Positions 8,170-19,600 are shown, counted from the stretch's first letter. The stretch is 64,000 bases of DNA from a bacterium (GCA_965213625.1 CBDBZU010000004.1:1024001-1088000), one strand, 5' to 3'. The notes: generated from the sequence alone by a model not told the origin. Program-made: numbers and translations.

Positions 8170-8336
8170 ATCGGTGTTCCTGTTCCGAGGGCCGCCGGAG
8201 GAAGGCTCCGGGACGGCGCGGTGTCATGTTTTTAGAGTGTTCCACCGAAAACGAATCGTGCCAGAGGTCACCCTCCCGCGCAAGTTTGAAAGCGCATTCC
8301 GGCCCGCCGGGGAAAAGGCGCAAGGGCGGCCGGCGC

Positions 8337-9209
8337 TTATCCCCGCGTCCGGGGGTCGAGCGCGTCGCGAAGCCCGTCACCCACGTAGTTGATGCTCAGC
8401 ACGGTGAGCGATATCGCGAGGCCGGGCCAAAGGACGCGCCCGGGGTATTGCTGGAGGTAATCGGTAGAGTCGTAGAGCAGCCTTCCCCATGTGGGGAAAT
8501 CCGGCGGAAAGCCCAGCCCCAGGAAGGAGAGCGCTGATTCGGTGATGATGGCGTCGCCCACGCCCAGGGCTGCGGAGATCATGATGGGCGAGACGACGCC
8601 CGGCAGGATGTGGCGGAAGATGAGTCGCCCCGTGGGCGCACCGAGCGCGCCCGAGGCGAGGACGAACTCGCGTTCTTTCAAGGCGAGTACCTCGCCGCGC
8701 ACGATGCGGGCGGTCTTCATCCAGGAGGTCGCGCCGATGACCGAGGCGATGAGGATGAAGATGCCGGTCTCGGGACCGAAGGCGGCGCGCAAGGCGTCTC
8801 GGAACAGCGCGATGATGACGAGCAGGAGCGGCAGGAGCGGAAGCGCGAGGAACAGATCCGTCAGCCGCATGAGCGGGCCGTCCAGGCGCCTGAAGTAGCC
8901 CGACACCACGCCGATGACCGCACCCAGGGAGAGGGCCAGGCCCATGGCGGCGCCCGCCACCGCGAGCGAGACGCGCCCCCCCGCCAACATGCGCGCCAGG
9001 GTGTCGCGGCCCAGGCGGTCGGCGCCGAGCGGGTGGGCGAGGCTCATGCCCTGGTTGCGCGCCCTAATGTCGATCAAGTGCGCGTCGATGCTCCATAGAT
9101 GCGGGCCGAACAACACGGCGAGCGCTGCGATGAGCAGAATCCCCGCCCCTATCACCGCTCCCCGGTGGGTGCGGAACTGCGCCCACGTCCCGCGCCTAGC
9201 GCTGGTCAT
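8337..9209 (-). CDS. Peptide/nickel ABC transporter permease (OppC/DppC-like)
   Basis: HPLGADRLGRD, ESALSFLGLG and GDGLRDALDP motifs. Confidence 0.9.
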   Translation of the reverse strand: MTSARRGTWAQFRTHRGAVIGAGILLIAALAVLFGPHLWSIDAHLIDIRARNQGMSLAHPLGADRLGRDTLARMLAGGRVSLAVAGAAMGLALSLGAVIGVVSGYFRRLDGPLMRLTDLFLALPLLPLLLVIIALFRDALRAAFGPETGIFILIASVIGATSWMKTARIVRGEVLALKEREFVLASGALGAPTGRLIFRHILPGVVSPIMISAALGVGDAIITESALSFLGLGFPPDFPTWGRLLYDSTDYLQQYPGRVLWPGLAISLTVLSINYVGDGLRDALDPRTRG

Positions 9210-10206
9210 AGCGGATGGTGGGGTCCAGTACCCCGTAGAGGATGTCGGCGACGAGGTTGAACGCTACGATCAGCCCCGCGAAGATGAAGGTGAGCGTCTG
9301 TACGGTCGGCAGGTCTCCCCCCTGGATGGCGACGATGAGCAGCTGCCCCAGCCCGTTCACCTTGAATATCTGCTCGGTGATGATCGCGCCGCCGAACACC
9401 TGCGGCACGCCCAGCGCGATGATTGTGACGACGGGGATCATCGAGTTGCGCAGGACGTGGACGAAGAGAATCCGCCGCTCGTGAAAGCCCTTGCCCCGGG
9501 CGGTGCGCACGTAGTCCTGGCCCAGGTTCTCGAGCATGGAGGCGCGCATGAACCGGCTGATCTGCGCCGCGTTGTAGAGGGCGAGTACGAAGACGGGCAT
9601 GGCCATCTGCCGCGCCTGGACGAGAAAGCTGCTCCAGTCCGTCACGCGGTGCGTGGTGTCGTAGATGGAGGGAAACCAGCCCAAGCCTACGGAGAAGACA
9701 ACAATCAGCAGCACGCCGGTGAAAAAAGTCGGCACCGAGAACCCCACGGTGGAGATGAATGTGCCTATCTGGTCGAACCAGCTGTATTGCCGGTAGGCGG
9801 AGATGATGCCGATGGGTATCGCGATGAGTACGCCGATGACGTAGGAGAGACCCACGACCCACAGGGTCTGCGGCAGGCGCTCGACGATCAGGTCCACGAC
9901 CGGGGAGCGCGTCTGCCAGCTCAGCACGCGGAACCTCTCCGAGTCGCCCGCGCCGAGCAGGGCGTCGATGACGTTCAGCGGCTCGTTGATGAAAAACTGC
10001 TTGCACCACAGCAGGTAGCGGATGTGGATAGGCTGACCCAAGCCTAATGACTCGCGGATGTTCTGGCGCACCTCGGGCGGAATCGTGAGGGGGAGATTCG
10101 CCGTCGGGTCGCTGGGGGCCAGGTCCAACAACAGGAATATGACGAGGCTGATGAAGAGCAGCGTGGGTACGGCGAAGAGCAGCCGCCTGATAGTGTAGGT
10201 TCCCAT
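9196..10206 (-). CDS. Peptide/nickel ABC transporter permease (OppB/DppB-like)
   Basis: DYVRTARGKG, HVLRNS and NLVADILYGVLDP motifs. Confidence 0.9.
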   Translation of the reverse strand: MGTYTIRRLLFAVPTLLFISLVIFLLLDLAPSDPTANLPLTIPPEVRQNIRESLGLGQPIHIRYLLWCKQFFINEPLNVIDALLGAGDSERFRVLSWQTRSPVVDLIVERLPQTLWVVGLSYVIGVLIAIPIGIISAYRQYSWFDQIGTFISTVGFSVPTFFTGVLLIVVFSVGLGWFPSIYDTTHRVTDWSSFLVQARQMAMPVFVLALYNAAQISRFMRASMLENLGQDYVRTARGKGFHERRILFVHVLRNSMIPVVTIIALGVPQVFGGAIITEQIFKVNGLGQLLIVAIQGGDLPTVQTLTFIFAGLIVAFNLVADILYGVLDPTIRYDQR

Positions 10207-10250
10207 CGCCCGTTTGCCTCGCTCGGCGAGCCCTTAAGCGGCGCGCGGGT

Positions 10251-11948
10251 CTATTTGACGCGGCGCCAGTCGGCGATGTTCCAAAGCTCCGAATCCCAGG
10301 TGTTCAAAACCACGCCGCCCAGCTTTTTCGAGTGGGCCGATACGCGGCCGCGGTCGACCAGCGGAATGAGCACGTAGGCCTGCATGAGCATGTCGTTCAT
10401 GGCCCTGGCGAGACGCGCCCGCTCTTTGAGTGCGCCCGCGCGCGCCATTTTGGCGATGAGGGCGTCATAAGCCTTGTCGCAGTAACGCGGCACGTTGTTG
10501 CCCTGCCACTGCGTGGCGGGACGCGGGGCCTCCTTGCAAGCCCAGTTCGCCATGTAGGATTCGGGATCCGTGCCGTCGAAATTGTTGGCGTACATTTGTA
10601 CGTCGGCCTGGAATTTCTGGAAGGTGTCGCCGCTCGCCGGGTCGCCGCCGAAGAACACCGAGGCGCTGATGTTGCGGAGTTCGGTCTCGACCCCGATCTT
10701 GGACCACCACTGCTTGATGAGCGCCTGGAAATCCTGGCGCACGGCGTTGGTGGAGGTCTGGTAGAGAATCGAGAGCTTGACGCCGTTCTTCATTCGCACG
10801 CCGCCGGATCCTCGCTTCCAGCCCGCCGCATCGAGCAGCTTGTTCGCGCCGGGGATGTCCTGTTTCAGGCAGGCGTCGTTGGCGGTGGATTTGTAAATGG
10901 CGGGGGCGGGGAGGATGTTGCACGTCGGCCGGCCTGCGGGGCCGTAGCCGATCTCGACGAGCAGCTTTCTGTCGATGGCCATCGAGAGCGCCTTGCGAAC
11001 GCTCGGGTCCGAGAGAAACGGATGCGGGTGCTTGGCGGTGGAGCGCTCCTTGCCGAGTTTGGGAGCCGGGTTCGTGAGGTTCAAGATGATGCGCTCGACG
11101 AGCGTGCCGAACGAGGAGATGACTACCCCCTTGCCCGCCTTTTTCATGTTCGCCAGCACGTCGGGGGCGAGTTGCAGGTTCCAGGCGTAGTCGAACTCGC
11201 CGGTCTCCAATACGGAGCGGGCAGCCGCCGCCGCATCGCCGCCGCCCTTGAAGGTCACCCGCGCGAAGGCCGGCTTGGCCGGGTCGCGGTAGTTGGAGTT
11301 CGCGACGAAGGAGATGACGTCGTTCGGGCGGAACTCGGCCACGGAGAAGGGGCCTGTGCCCAAAGGCTTGAAGTTGGCGTCGGTGCAGCGCGGCGCCTTG
11401 GCGCCCAGGCAGTCGGCGAACTGCGCCGCCTGGATGAGGGGGGCCTGCGCCCCGACGAACGGCCCGTAGGGAAAGGGTTTCGCGATGCCGAAGGTCACGC
11501 GCACGGTGAGCGCGTCCAGGGCTTCCACGTTTTTTACGTCGTTGTATTTCTCGCTCTGGGAGCACCCCCCCTGGGGATGCGTGCAGTATTTCCAGGTGAA
11601 GACCACGTCTTTTGAAGTTACCGGCGTTCCGTCGGCCCACTTGAGGCCGCTCTTGAGCTTCCAGGTGATGGTGCGCAGATCCTTCGAGACGCCGCCGTTT
11701 TCCAGCGTAGGGACCCGTTCGGCGAGCCAGGGCGTCATGTTCCCGTTCTGGTCGTAGCGCGCGAGGGGCTCCAGGACCAGCGATGCGGCCTCTATCTCCT
11801 TGGTGCCGCCCGAGAGGTAGGGGTTCATGGTGGAGGGCGCCTGCCAGTAGATGATGCGCAGATGCCCGTCGGCTCCGCGCGCGGCATGCGCAGGCTGCGC
11901 AGTGAATAAAGTGATGATGGCAACGATGAGTGTGAATATGGTTTTCAC
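10251..11948 (-). CDS. Peptide ABC transporter substrate-binding protein (family 5)
   Basis: Signal peptide; PWLAE, KWADGTPVT, GTGPF and VRKALSMAIDR motifs. Confidence 0.9.
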   Translation of the reverse strand: MKTIFTLIVAIITLFTAQPAHAARGADGHLRIIYWQAPSTMNPYLSGGTKEIEAASLVLEPLARYDQNGNMTPWLAERVPTLENGGVSKDLRTITWKLKSGLKWADGTPVTSKDVVFTWKYCTHPQGGCSQSEKYNDVKNVEALDALTVRVTFGIAKPFPYGPFVGAQAPLIQAAQFADCLGAKAPRCTDANFKPLGTGPFSVAEFRPNDVISFVANSNYRDPAKPAFARVTFKGGGDAAAAARSVLETGEFDYAWNLQLAPDVLANMKKAGKGVVISSFGTLVERIILNLTNPAPKLGKERSTAKHPHPFLSDPSVRKALSMAIDRKLLVEIGYGPAGRPTCNILPAPAIYKSTANDACLKQDIPGANKLLDAAGWKRGSGGVRMKNGVKLSILYQTSTNAVRQDFQALIKQWWSKIGVETELRNISASVFFGGDPASGDTFQKFQADVQMYANNFDGTDPESYMANWACKEAPRPATQWQGNNVPRYCDKAYDALIAKMARAGALKERARLARAMNDMLMQAYVLIPLVDRGRVSAHSKKLGGVVLNTWDSELWNIADWRRVK

Positions 11949-12215
11949 TCTTCTGTCCTCGTATTTTGAAGGGTTACGAGTCTGTGGCTCGGGTGCGCGT
12001 GAACGCAGAATATCCTAGAAGGCGGGGCGGGGAATTGCAACAGAAAAATGGCGCTCGGTCTGCAGGGAAAGGGTTTGGCAGGGGCGGTCACGATGTTTGT
12101 ACGTCACGAGCTTTATCCCGCATCGAAATTTACATGCCGCTCCTCACCCATCATTTGCCGTCCATCGTCTATAATAGGAAAGATGAAAACACTATTCGCC
12201 TTGTGAGCGTTCACG

Positions 12216-13031
12216 ATGACACAAGTTCGCAGGAATCGATTTCTTCTCGCCTCTCTCCCCGCGTTCTTTCTGATGGCGGCGTCCATGAGCGTCGCCTGGG
12301 GCGAGGGGCTTCCGAAGCAGATAACGGGACTCGACGGCGCGCCCCTGCTCCTCGTGCCGGCGGGCGAGTTCGTGATGGGTTCCGCGCCCGGCGGCTATAT
12401 CTTCGGGGACAACGAAACGCCGCGCCGCCGGATATTCCTCAAGGCCTTCTATATCGATAAATACGAGGTGACCAACCGGCGCTTCAGGAAACTCTTTGAG
12501 CCTGCGGAGCGCTACGCGGGCTCGTTCGAAGAACCCGAGCAGCCCGTCGTGGGCGTCAACTGGTATCAGGCGCAGGAGTACTGCGCGCGGGTGAACCGGC
12601 GCCTGCCTACCGAGGCGGAGTGGGAGAAGGCGGCGCGCGGGGCGGACGGGCGCATCTACCCGTGGGGGGATGAGCGGGCGACGTGCGCGAAGGCCGTCAT
12701 GGGCGGCGTGATCCCCTCCTGCCGCAAGGGATTCGCCACCTGGCGCGTGGGGAGCAGGCCGCTGGGCGCAAGCCCATACGGCGCGATGGACATGGCGGGA
12801 AACGCCATGGAGTGGGTGGCGGACTGGTACCGGGGGAATTTCTACGCGCGCATGTCTCAAAAGAACCCGGTGGGACCAGGCTCCGGCAGCCTGAAAGTGC
12901 TGCGAGGCGGCTCATGGTTCAACAGCCGAGTTCTGATGCGCTCGGCATTCCGCACCGGCTATGCGCCCCATGAGTCGAACCACGGGGTGGGTTTCCGCTG
13001 CGCGAGACCGGCGGTAACGGGACTGGTTTGA
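12216..13031 (+). CDS. FGE-sulfatase (SUMF1/EgtB/PvdO) domain protein, exported
   Basis: FVMGS, YEVTN, RLPTEAEWEKAARG, DMAGN..EW, RGGSW and GFRC motifs; lacks the FGE catalytic Cys pair. Confidence 0.85.
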   Translation: MTQVRRNRFLLASLPAFFLMAASMSVAWGEGLPKQITGLDGAPLLLVPAGEFVMGSAPGGYIFGDNETPRRRIFLKAFYIDKYEVTNRRFRKLFEPAERYAGSFEEPEQPVVGVNWYQAQEYCARVNRRLPTEAEWEKAARGADGRIYPWGDERATCAKAVMGGVIPSCRKGFATWRVGSRPLGASPYGAMDMAGNAMEWVADWYRGNFYARMSQKNPVGPGSGSLKVLRGGSWFNSRVLMRSAFRTGYAPHESNHGVGFRCARPAVTGLV

Positions 13032-13083
13032 CTGGTGGGCGGCCGACCGCTCCGCGTAGCCTGCCGCTCAAGACGGAAAAAGG

Positions 13084-14709
13084 ATGCCTCCCTTGAACTA
13101 CGATCTGAATACGCTGCGCGGGGACGTCTACGGCGGACTCACCTCGACGGTGGTCGCGCTGCCCTTCGCGCTTTCATTCGGCGTGGCCTCGGGCCTGGGC
13201 GCGGCGGCGGGACTTTACGGTGCGATAGCGGTGGGTTTTTTCGCGGCGCTCTTCGGCGGGACGCGGACCGTCATCTCGAGTCCAGCGCCTTCGATGACTG
13301 TCGCCATGGCGGTCATCGTCACCACGCACGCGACGAACCTGGCGGAAGCCATGAGCATCGTCGTTCTGGGCGGTCTGCTGCAAGTGCTCCTGGGAGCGCT
13401 GGGGGCCGGGCGCTTCGTGATCTACACGCCCCATGTGGTCGTCTCGGGCTTCATGTCCGGCATCGGGGTCATCATCCTGGCGATCGAGGCCTTGCCTTTC
13501 CTCGGCGCGCCGCCCGCGCCCGGCGGCTTCATGGGCGCGATACGCGCGCTGCCCGATGCGGTGGCCGGCGCAAACGCGGACGCACTGGGCGTCGCCGCCG
13601 CGGCGCTCGCAGCCTTCGTGTTCTGGCCCCGCCGCTTCTCGAGGTTTCTGCCTCCTCCGCTGATGGCGCTGATCGTCGGCTGGCTTCTGGGCGTCTTGTG
13701 GCTGAACGACGCGCCCACCATCGGGCGGATACCGGCCAGCCTGCCGGGGCTGCAGCCGGGACTCCCCTCCGCTGGTTTTCTAGCGGGGGCATTGCAGCCG
13801 GCCATCGTTCTCGCCCTGCTGGGCTCCATCGACAGCCTGCTCGCCGCACTGGTGGCCGACTCGCTGACCGGCTCGCGCCACAAACCGAACCGCGAGCTTG
13901 TGGGGCAGGGGATAGGGAACATGGCCGCCGGCCTCATCGGCGGACTGCCGGGCGCGGGAGCCACCGTGAGCACGGTGACGAACATTCGCGCAGGGGGACA
14001 GACGCCGGTTTCAGGCGCATTGCGCGCCGTGCTCCTGCTCGTGCTCCTGCTGGGTTTCGGCTCCTACGTCGAGTCGATTCCGCTCGCCGCTCTCGCGGGC
14101 GTTCTGATGAAAGTGGGCTGGGACATCATCGACTGGCGTCTGCTCGTCCGTGTCCGCCACATCAGGCGAGAGCACCTCTTCGTCATGCTGACAACGCTGT
14201 GCCTGACGGTGTTCGTCGATCTGCTGACCGCCGTGGCCATCGGCCTCATCGCCTCAGGCATGGCCCACGCGCGGCATCTCGAGCGCCTGGAGATCGACAA
14301 CGTGGTCTCCGTGCCCATGCTCGACCATATATTCTTCGGTCAGGCGAAAGAGCCGATCGCCGTGAACCCCTATGCGGCGCGCGTCGGCCTGGTGGGGCTC
14401 CGGGGGAGCTTCACCGTCGCCTCCTCCCATGAGTTGGTCGCGGCGATAAGCGCCGACATCAAGGATCACGAGGTCGTCATCTTCGATTTCTCAAGCGCCA
14501 CCTATCTCGACGACAGCTCCGCCATGCTCATCAGGCGGCTCATGGACATCGCCGTACAGGAGAAGACCGGGTTCATCGTGATGGGCCTCACAGGCGACGC
14601 AGCGGACACCCTTCGCGCCTTCGACGTTCTGCGCGACGCGCCGGAGGGTTGCATCGTCAAAAACCTGGAGGAAGCGCGGGAAAGCGCGAAGAAAATCCTC
14701 GGCTTGTAA
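13084..14709 (+). CDS. SulP family inorganic anion transporter with STAS domain
   Basis: GDVYGGLTSTVVALP, NRELVGQGIGN; C-terminal STAS (FDFSSATYLDDSS). Confidence 0.9.
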   Translation: MPPLNYDLNTLRGDVYGGLTSTVVALPFALSFGVASGLGAAAGLYGAIAVGFFAALFGGTRTVISSPAPSMTVAMAVIVTTHATNLAEAMSIVVLGGLLQVLLGALGAGRFVIYTPHVVVSGFMSGIGVIILAIEALPFLGAPPAPGGFMGAIRALPDAVAGANADALGVAAAALAAFVFWPRRFSRFLPPPLMALIVGWLLGVLWLNDAPTIGRIPASLPGLQPGLPSAGFLAGALQPAIVLALLGSIDSLLAALVADSLTGSRHKPNRELVGQGIGNMAAGLIGGLPGAGATVSTVTNIRAGGQTPVSGALRAVLLLVLLLGFGSYVESIPLAALAGVLMKVGWDIIDWRLLVRVRHIRREHLFVMLTTLCLTVFVDLLTAVAIGLIASGMAHARHLERLEIDNVVSVPMLDHIFFGQAKEPIAVNPYAARVGLVGLRGSFTVASSHELVAAISADIKDHEVVIFDFSSATYLDDSSAMLIRRLMDIAVQEKTGFIVMGLTGDAADTLRAFDVLRDAPEGCIVKNLEEARESAKKILGL

Positions 14710-14925
14710 GGGTTGTTGAAAAAGCCCTCATGTCGCGATTCTGCGCTTGAAACCAACCAGGAAGGAGGGTCCGTAGGGACAGGCCTCCGTGCCTGTCCGA
14801 GATCTCAGTACCTGACTTGACGAGGGACAACAACAGAGGGCGGGCACAGTCGAACTTCCCGAAGAGGGAAGTCCGACGCCCCTACGAAAACACCGAATTA
14901 CTACTTCTAGCTTTCCCAACACCCC
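14710..14925. repeat. REP cluster bounded by IS1182-like inverted repeats
   Basis: GGGTTGTTGAAAAAGC ... GCTTTCCCAACACCCC (13/16 inverted match); internal GTAG-GGACAGGC..GCCTGTCC and hairpin-CCCCTAC. Confidence 0.6.
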
Positions 14926-15016
14926 CGTCCAGGGGTGAATGCGCGGGAAGTCGGCCGGGGTGGCGCTATATCCTCGTATCATCAGGTGGAGACGGCGTAT
15001 TCTGGCGCCAGGCCGC

Positions 15017-16477
15017 TCAATCCGGATTCAGCGCTTCCCTCCCGAAGCGCTCTATCGTCTCGAGCGTCTCGCGCACGTCGTCCCAGGCCGTGGTGTGGTT
15101 GATGATGCAGAACCTGAGCGCGAACTTCCCCTTGAGGAGCGTGGAGGACACGAACGCCTTGTCGTCCCAGAAGATGCGGGCGAGCATCGTCTTGTTGATC
15201 TCTCCCAGGGCATCCTCGTCAAGCTCTGCGTCCGCCGGGTTGACCCGGAAGCACACGACCCCCAGCGAGACGGGCGTCAACATCTCCAGTACCGGGCTCT
15301 CGCGAACGTATTCCTCGGCCTGTGCGGCCAGCTCCATGCCCTTCGAGACGGCTCGGCGGAACGCGGCCATGCCGAAGGTCTGCACCGACATCCAGACTTT
15401 CAAGGCCCGGAACGAGCGGCTCAACTGCAGGCCGCGGTCCGAGAAGTTCGGGTGGTTCGCGCCCCATATCGTGTCCTGTAAAACATCGTGGCGCACCGCA
15501 AACGCATTTTCGAGCTTGCTCACATCCTTCACGAGCAGGGCGCCCGCCTCGTAGGGCTGGAAGAACCATTTGTGCGCGTCCATACCGATGGAATCGGCGC
15601 GCTCCATGCCGCGCATGAGTTCCTTACCCTGCTCGGTCACGACCGCGAAGCCGCCGTAGGCGGCGTCGACGTGCAGCCAGATGTCTTGCGCCTCGCAGAA
15701 ATCCGCCATCTCTTCGAGCGGGTCGACCGCTCCCGTGCTCACCGCTCCGGCATTGGCGCACACCGCGATGGGATTAAGCCCCGCCGCGCGGTCCTCATTC
15801 ACGGCGCGCACGAGCGAATCCATATCCAGGCGGTAGTCTTCATCGCTCGGAAGAAGGCGTATCCGCTCGGGCTTGACGCCGATGATCCGCGCCGCGCGGA
15901 TGTGCGCGCTGTGGCTCTGGTCGCTCATGTATACGCTCGCGCGATCGGGATGCCCCGCCGCTTCGCGCGCCGTGACGAAGGCGTCCAGGCTCGCCGCCGA
16001 GCCCCCGCTCGTGAAAAGCCCGCCCGCGCTTTCGGGATAGCCGACAAAGCGCCGGAACCAGTCGATGACGACGAGTTCGAGCTGGCTCGGACCGCTCGCG
16101 ACCAGCCAGGTGCATTGGTTGATGGCGTAGCCTGAAGCAATGAAATCGGCCAGTACGCCGGGCCAGGTGGGTGAGGCCGAAACGAACGCGAGGGAACGGG
16201 GATGATCCAGGCGCAACGAATACGGGAGAATGTCGCGCGCGGCGCGCTCCATCACTTCGGCCGCCGGCCTCCCGTCTTCGGGCGGGGTCTCCATGAGCTG
16301 TTTTTCGAGTTCCTGCTGGAAATCTCCGTCCCACGCGCGATGCTCGGACAGCTTCTCGCTTCGCTCCACCAGGAGTTCCGCCGCCCTGCGCGCCAGATCG
16401 AGCATCTCTTCGGGCGCCATTCGGAGGCCATCGCTATCTGAAGCCGATGCTTCTCTTGTTCCCTCATCATTAGTCAT
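15017..16477 (-). CDS. Group II PLP-dependent decarboxylase (aromatic L-amino acid decarboxylase-like)
   Basis: FTSGGS, SDQSHS, WLHVDAAYGG, DAHKW and QLSRSFRALKVW motifs. Confidence 0.88.
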   Translation of the reverse strand: MTNDEGTREASASDSDGLRMAPEEMLDLARRAAELLVERSEKLSEHRAWDGDFQQELEKQLMETPPEDGRPAAEVMERAARDILPYSLRLDHPRSLAFVSASPTWPGVLADFIASGYAINQCTWLVASGPSQLELVVIDWFRRFVGYPESAGGLFTSGGSAASLDAFVTAREAAGHPDRASVYMSDQSHSAHIRAARIIGVKPERIRLLPSDEDYRLDMDSLVRAVNEDRAAGLNPIAVCANAGAVSTGAVDPLEEMADFCEAQDIWLHVDAAYGGFAVVTEQGKELMRGMERADSIGMDAHKWFFQPYEAGALLVKDVSKLENAFAVRHDVLQDTIWGANHPNFSDRGLQLSRSFRALKVWMSVQTFGMAAFRRAVSKGMELAAQAEEYVRESPVLEMLTPVSLGVVCFRVNPADAELDEDALGEINKTMLARIFWDDKAFVSSTLLKGKFALRFCIINHTTAWDDVRETLETIERFGREALNPD

Positions 16478-16616
16478 CAAGCCTCTCCTCTCGTCTCTAA
16501 ACGCTCTGGAGCGAAAGTTCGTTCAGGGCGCCGGAATCTGACCCCAATTAGCCGTGAGATACCAACGGGTGAGTAATTTTAGCGGAGCGCAGGCGCTAAT
16601 TCTCAACCAGTTATGG

Positions 16617-16649
16617 GCAGGAGCAACCCTGACGAGAGATTGCCCCTGC
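16617..16649 (-). terminator. Hairpin downstream of the autotransporter gene
   Basis: GCAGGAGCAACCCT...AGATTGCCCCTGC inverted repeat. Confidence 0.45.
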
Positions 16650-16666
16650 GGAATTTCCTTTCTATT

Positions 16667-19600
16667 CTACCAGCGCAACGAGCCGCGAAGCGCCACGCCG
16701 TGAACCGGGTCGGCGTTCACCCGCTCGCGCACGTCACCCTCCAGGCTCATGCTCAGTAGCTCGCCAACCTTGAAGCGTCCGCCGAGACGGTAGGTCCCGT
16801 TTCCGCTATCGGACACCGAAAGGCCGGCGTAGGGCGTCAGCAGACCGCCCCAGGCGTCCAGCCTGTAGCCCACCTCCGCGCGGACGCGGGGGTCCAGGTC
16901 CTCGATTTCCTCTCGCGCCAGACGCGAGGCGTCCTTGAGACCCCACAGGCGCTCTGCGCCGCCTGCGGTCTCACCCACCAAAGGCTGCACGGTGAGGGCG
17001 AGGCCGCGGCCCGCCTTGCCAGGGGCGATGCGGATCATGCCGCCCACGCCCCAGTCGGCCACGTCGCTTTCCTCGTGCGTGATGAGCCCCCGCGCATTCA
17101 CCTCGAGCGTCAGGCCCATGCCGGGATTCGTGAAGCGAAGGCTGCCGCCCACTTCGACGCCCAGCCCCTCGTCCACGTCGCCTCCATCAAGCCTCAGGCC
17201 CGCCTCCACCGAGGGCCGCACCGTGCCGCCGCCTTCCATGGCGACCTCGCGCGATGCCTCGAGCAACACGCGGAGACGGCTCGACTCCGCCGAGATGGCC
17301 TCGAGTCCGTCCTTCGCGTCCGCGTCCATCTGTGTGAGAAGAACGTCCGATTTCACCGCCAAGTCGAAGCCGCCCAGCCTGGTGAGTTCTCCGCGAACAC
17401 CGAACGCGCCCATGCGCATCTCGATGTCGGTTTCATACTCCTGGCCGCTCTCGCTGTCCGTTTCGTCGAGCGTCATCTCGCCCTGGCCCATACCCAGGAT
17501 GCCCCACAACGAGAGCCGCTCGCTCGCCTCGTAGCGAAGATAGGGATGCACGCTGGTTAAGGACGCTTCCAATTCGCTGCGGCCATCGTTCTGGAAGCCG
17601 CCGTCGCCGCTCGAGCGGGAGAGCGCCACGCCCGCGAGGAGCTTGCCCTTCTCGTAGTCCACGCCGAGCATGGCCGTCGTCACGTCGCCCTCGATCGCGT
17701 CGTCGCCACCGCCCTCGAACGAGCTCTGCGCGCCGCGGGCCCAGATCGACCACCTGCTGCCCGCCGCCTCCGCGGCTTCCCTGGTGGAGGCGAGGTGGAA
17801 CGAAGCGCCCGATAGAAGCCCGCTCATCGTCATCTCGCGGTAGGAGCCGGTGGAATCCTCCTCCCCATTTGTCAGCCGGTTCGCTGTTCTCGCGCGCGCG
17901 AGGCCGCGCGTACCGATTCCGTTATGCGTGTGTGAGGCGAAATCGAAGCCTGCGCCTTCTTTCGTCAGATAGCGCTCCGGATCCGCATCCAGTTTCACGG
18001 TCTGGCCGCCGAGGGTCATCTTCGCCCCGCTCGGCGCAGGCGCGTTCAGGCGGCTCGATATCATGTCCACCGCCTGGCTTCCCACCGCGCGGCCGAAGCG
18101 CGCCAGCCAGCCGCTTGTCGCCGCCACGCTCTTCTCTGACACTGCGCCTTCGTCGCCGTAGATGCCCGCGCCCACGATGAACGAGTTGGTTTGCGGAGGG
18201 AATCCGGGGATTTCAATCGTTGTGGTGAGCAGGCGCGCATAGGTCACCTTGGGCACGTCGGCGCTGTCGGTGTCGTCGTCGGGGTTGTCGAAGAAGTACC
18301 GCACGAAGCCGCCCTTATCCCCGCTCTGTTGCGCCACCTCGATGATCTGCGGCAAGATGAGTTCTCCGGTCACTTCGTCTCGCAAGATCTGCGTCGGCGT
18401 CTGGAATTCGAACCTGTCCGGGAACCCTCCGTGAAGGTGCGTGTAACCGGTCGGATCAATCACGAACAAATAGACGGGGCCGTGCCGCCAGGGCGGACGC
18501 CTCAAAATGCTTCTCGCGATTCCGATGGCTCCAGTGGGGTTCTCGTTGAATATCTCGAGCAGGTGGTCTACCGCCCCGTTCACGAATCGCTTGAGCGTTG
18601 CGCGGTCCACAACTTGATCGGCGCTTACTTCCGGGTCGCCCGGGTCAACGGTATCCACCCCGAAATGCGCTTCCTGAAGGTCCACGCCTGCGAGCAGGAT
18701 GTAGGGGATCCTGGTGCCGTACCCGACGGCGTAGCCGCCTCCAGGCAAAGCGCCGCCGTTCGCCTTCGGGAAAGTAGTTTGTCCTGTTGTGAATGCTCTT
18801 GTAGCCACTTGGGTCAAGGCGTCTTCCGTGGCTTTCGGATTAGCCGGGTCGACCGGGATTCCAAGCGCTTGGAGAATGCCCCCATAAACCAGGGGATTGA
18901 GCGGTCTGCCTCCCGTCGACATGTCGTTACCGTTGAAGAACACCCTGCCGTCGAGAGAAACGCTGACGAGGTAAGTGGAGCCGGACTTCCAGGGCCCCTC
19001 GTTCCTGGCGATGCAGCCGGCGTAGCCCAATTCCCCAGGCGTCCTGATGGAGTCGAAATAGTCTCTCCCCGCCTGCGCGAAGTCGCCTACGTCGCCAGAA
19101 CCCGACGCTACATCGTCAGCGGTTACGCTTGGGGATTCGTACATATTTTCGGCAAGGCCCGCCGGACGCGGACAAACTTCTTCCGCCACCGTGCTCGGGT
19201 CCCCGTAGATGCCCGCGCCGACGATGTAGGATACCGGTGGGCTTCCCGGAACGGAGAATGTCAACCGGCGCGCGTAGGTCACCTTCGGCACGTCGGCGCT
19301 GTCGCTGTGGTCGCTGGGATCGTCGAAGTAATACCTGACGAATGCGCCTTCGTCGCCTCCCGCATTCGCCGCCTCGATAATCTGAGGCAAGATGAGTTTA
19401 CCGGTGACTTCGTCTCGCAAGATCTGCGTCGGCGTCTGGAATTCGTACCTGTCCGGGAACCCCGCGTGAAGCAGCGTGTAGCCGCTGTCCTCCATGACGA
19501 AGAGATAGGTGGGGCCGCTTCTCCAGGGCGGATTTCTCAGAATGCTCCTCGCGATTCCGATGGCGCTGTGGGGGTTCTCATCGAATATCTCGAGGAGGTG

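Noticed and set aside
12216-13031. DGR target or active formylglycine-generating enzyme
   Set aside because: No template repeat or reverse transcriptase in the window, and the FGE catalytic cysteines are absent
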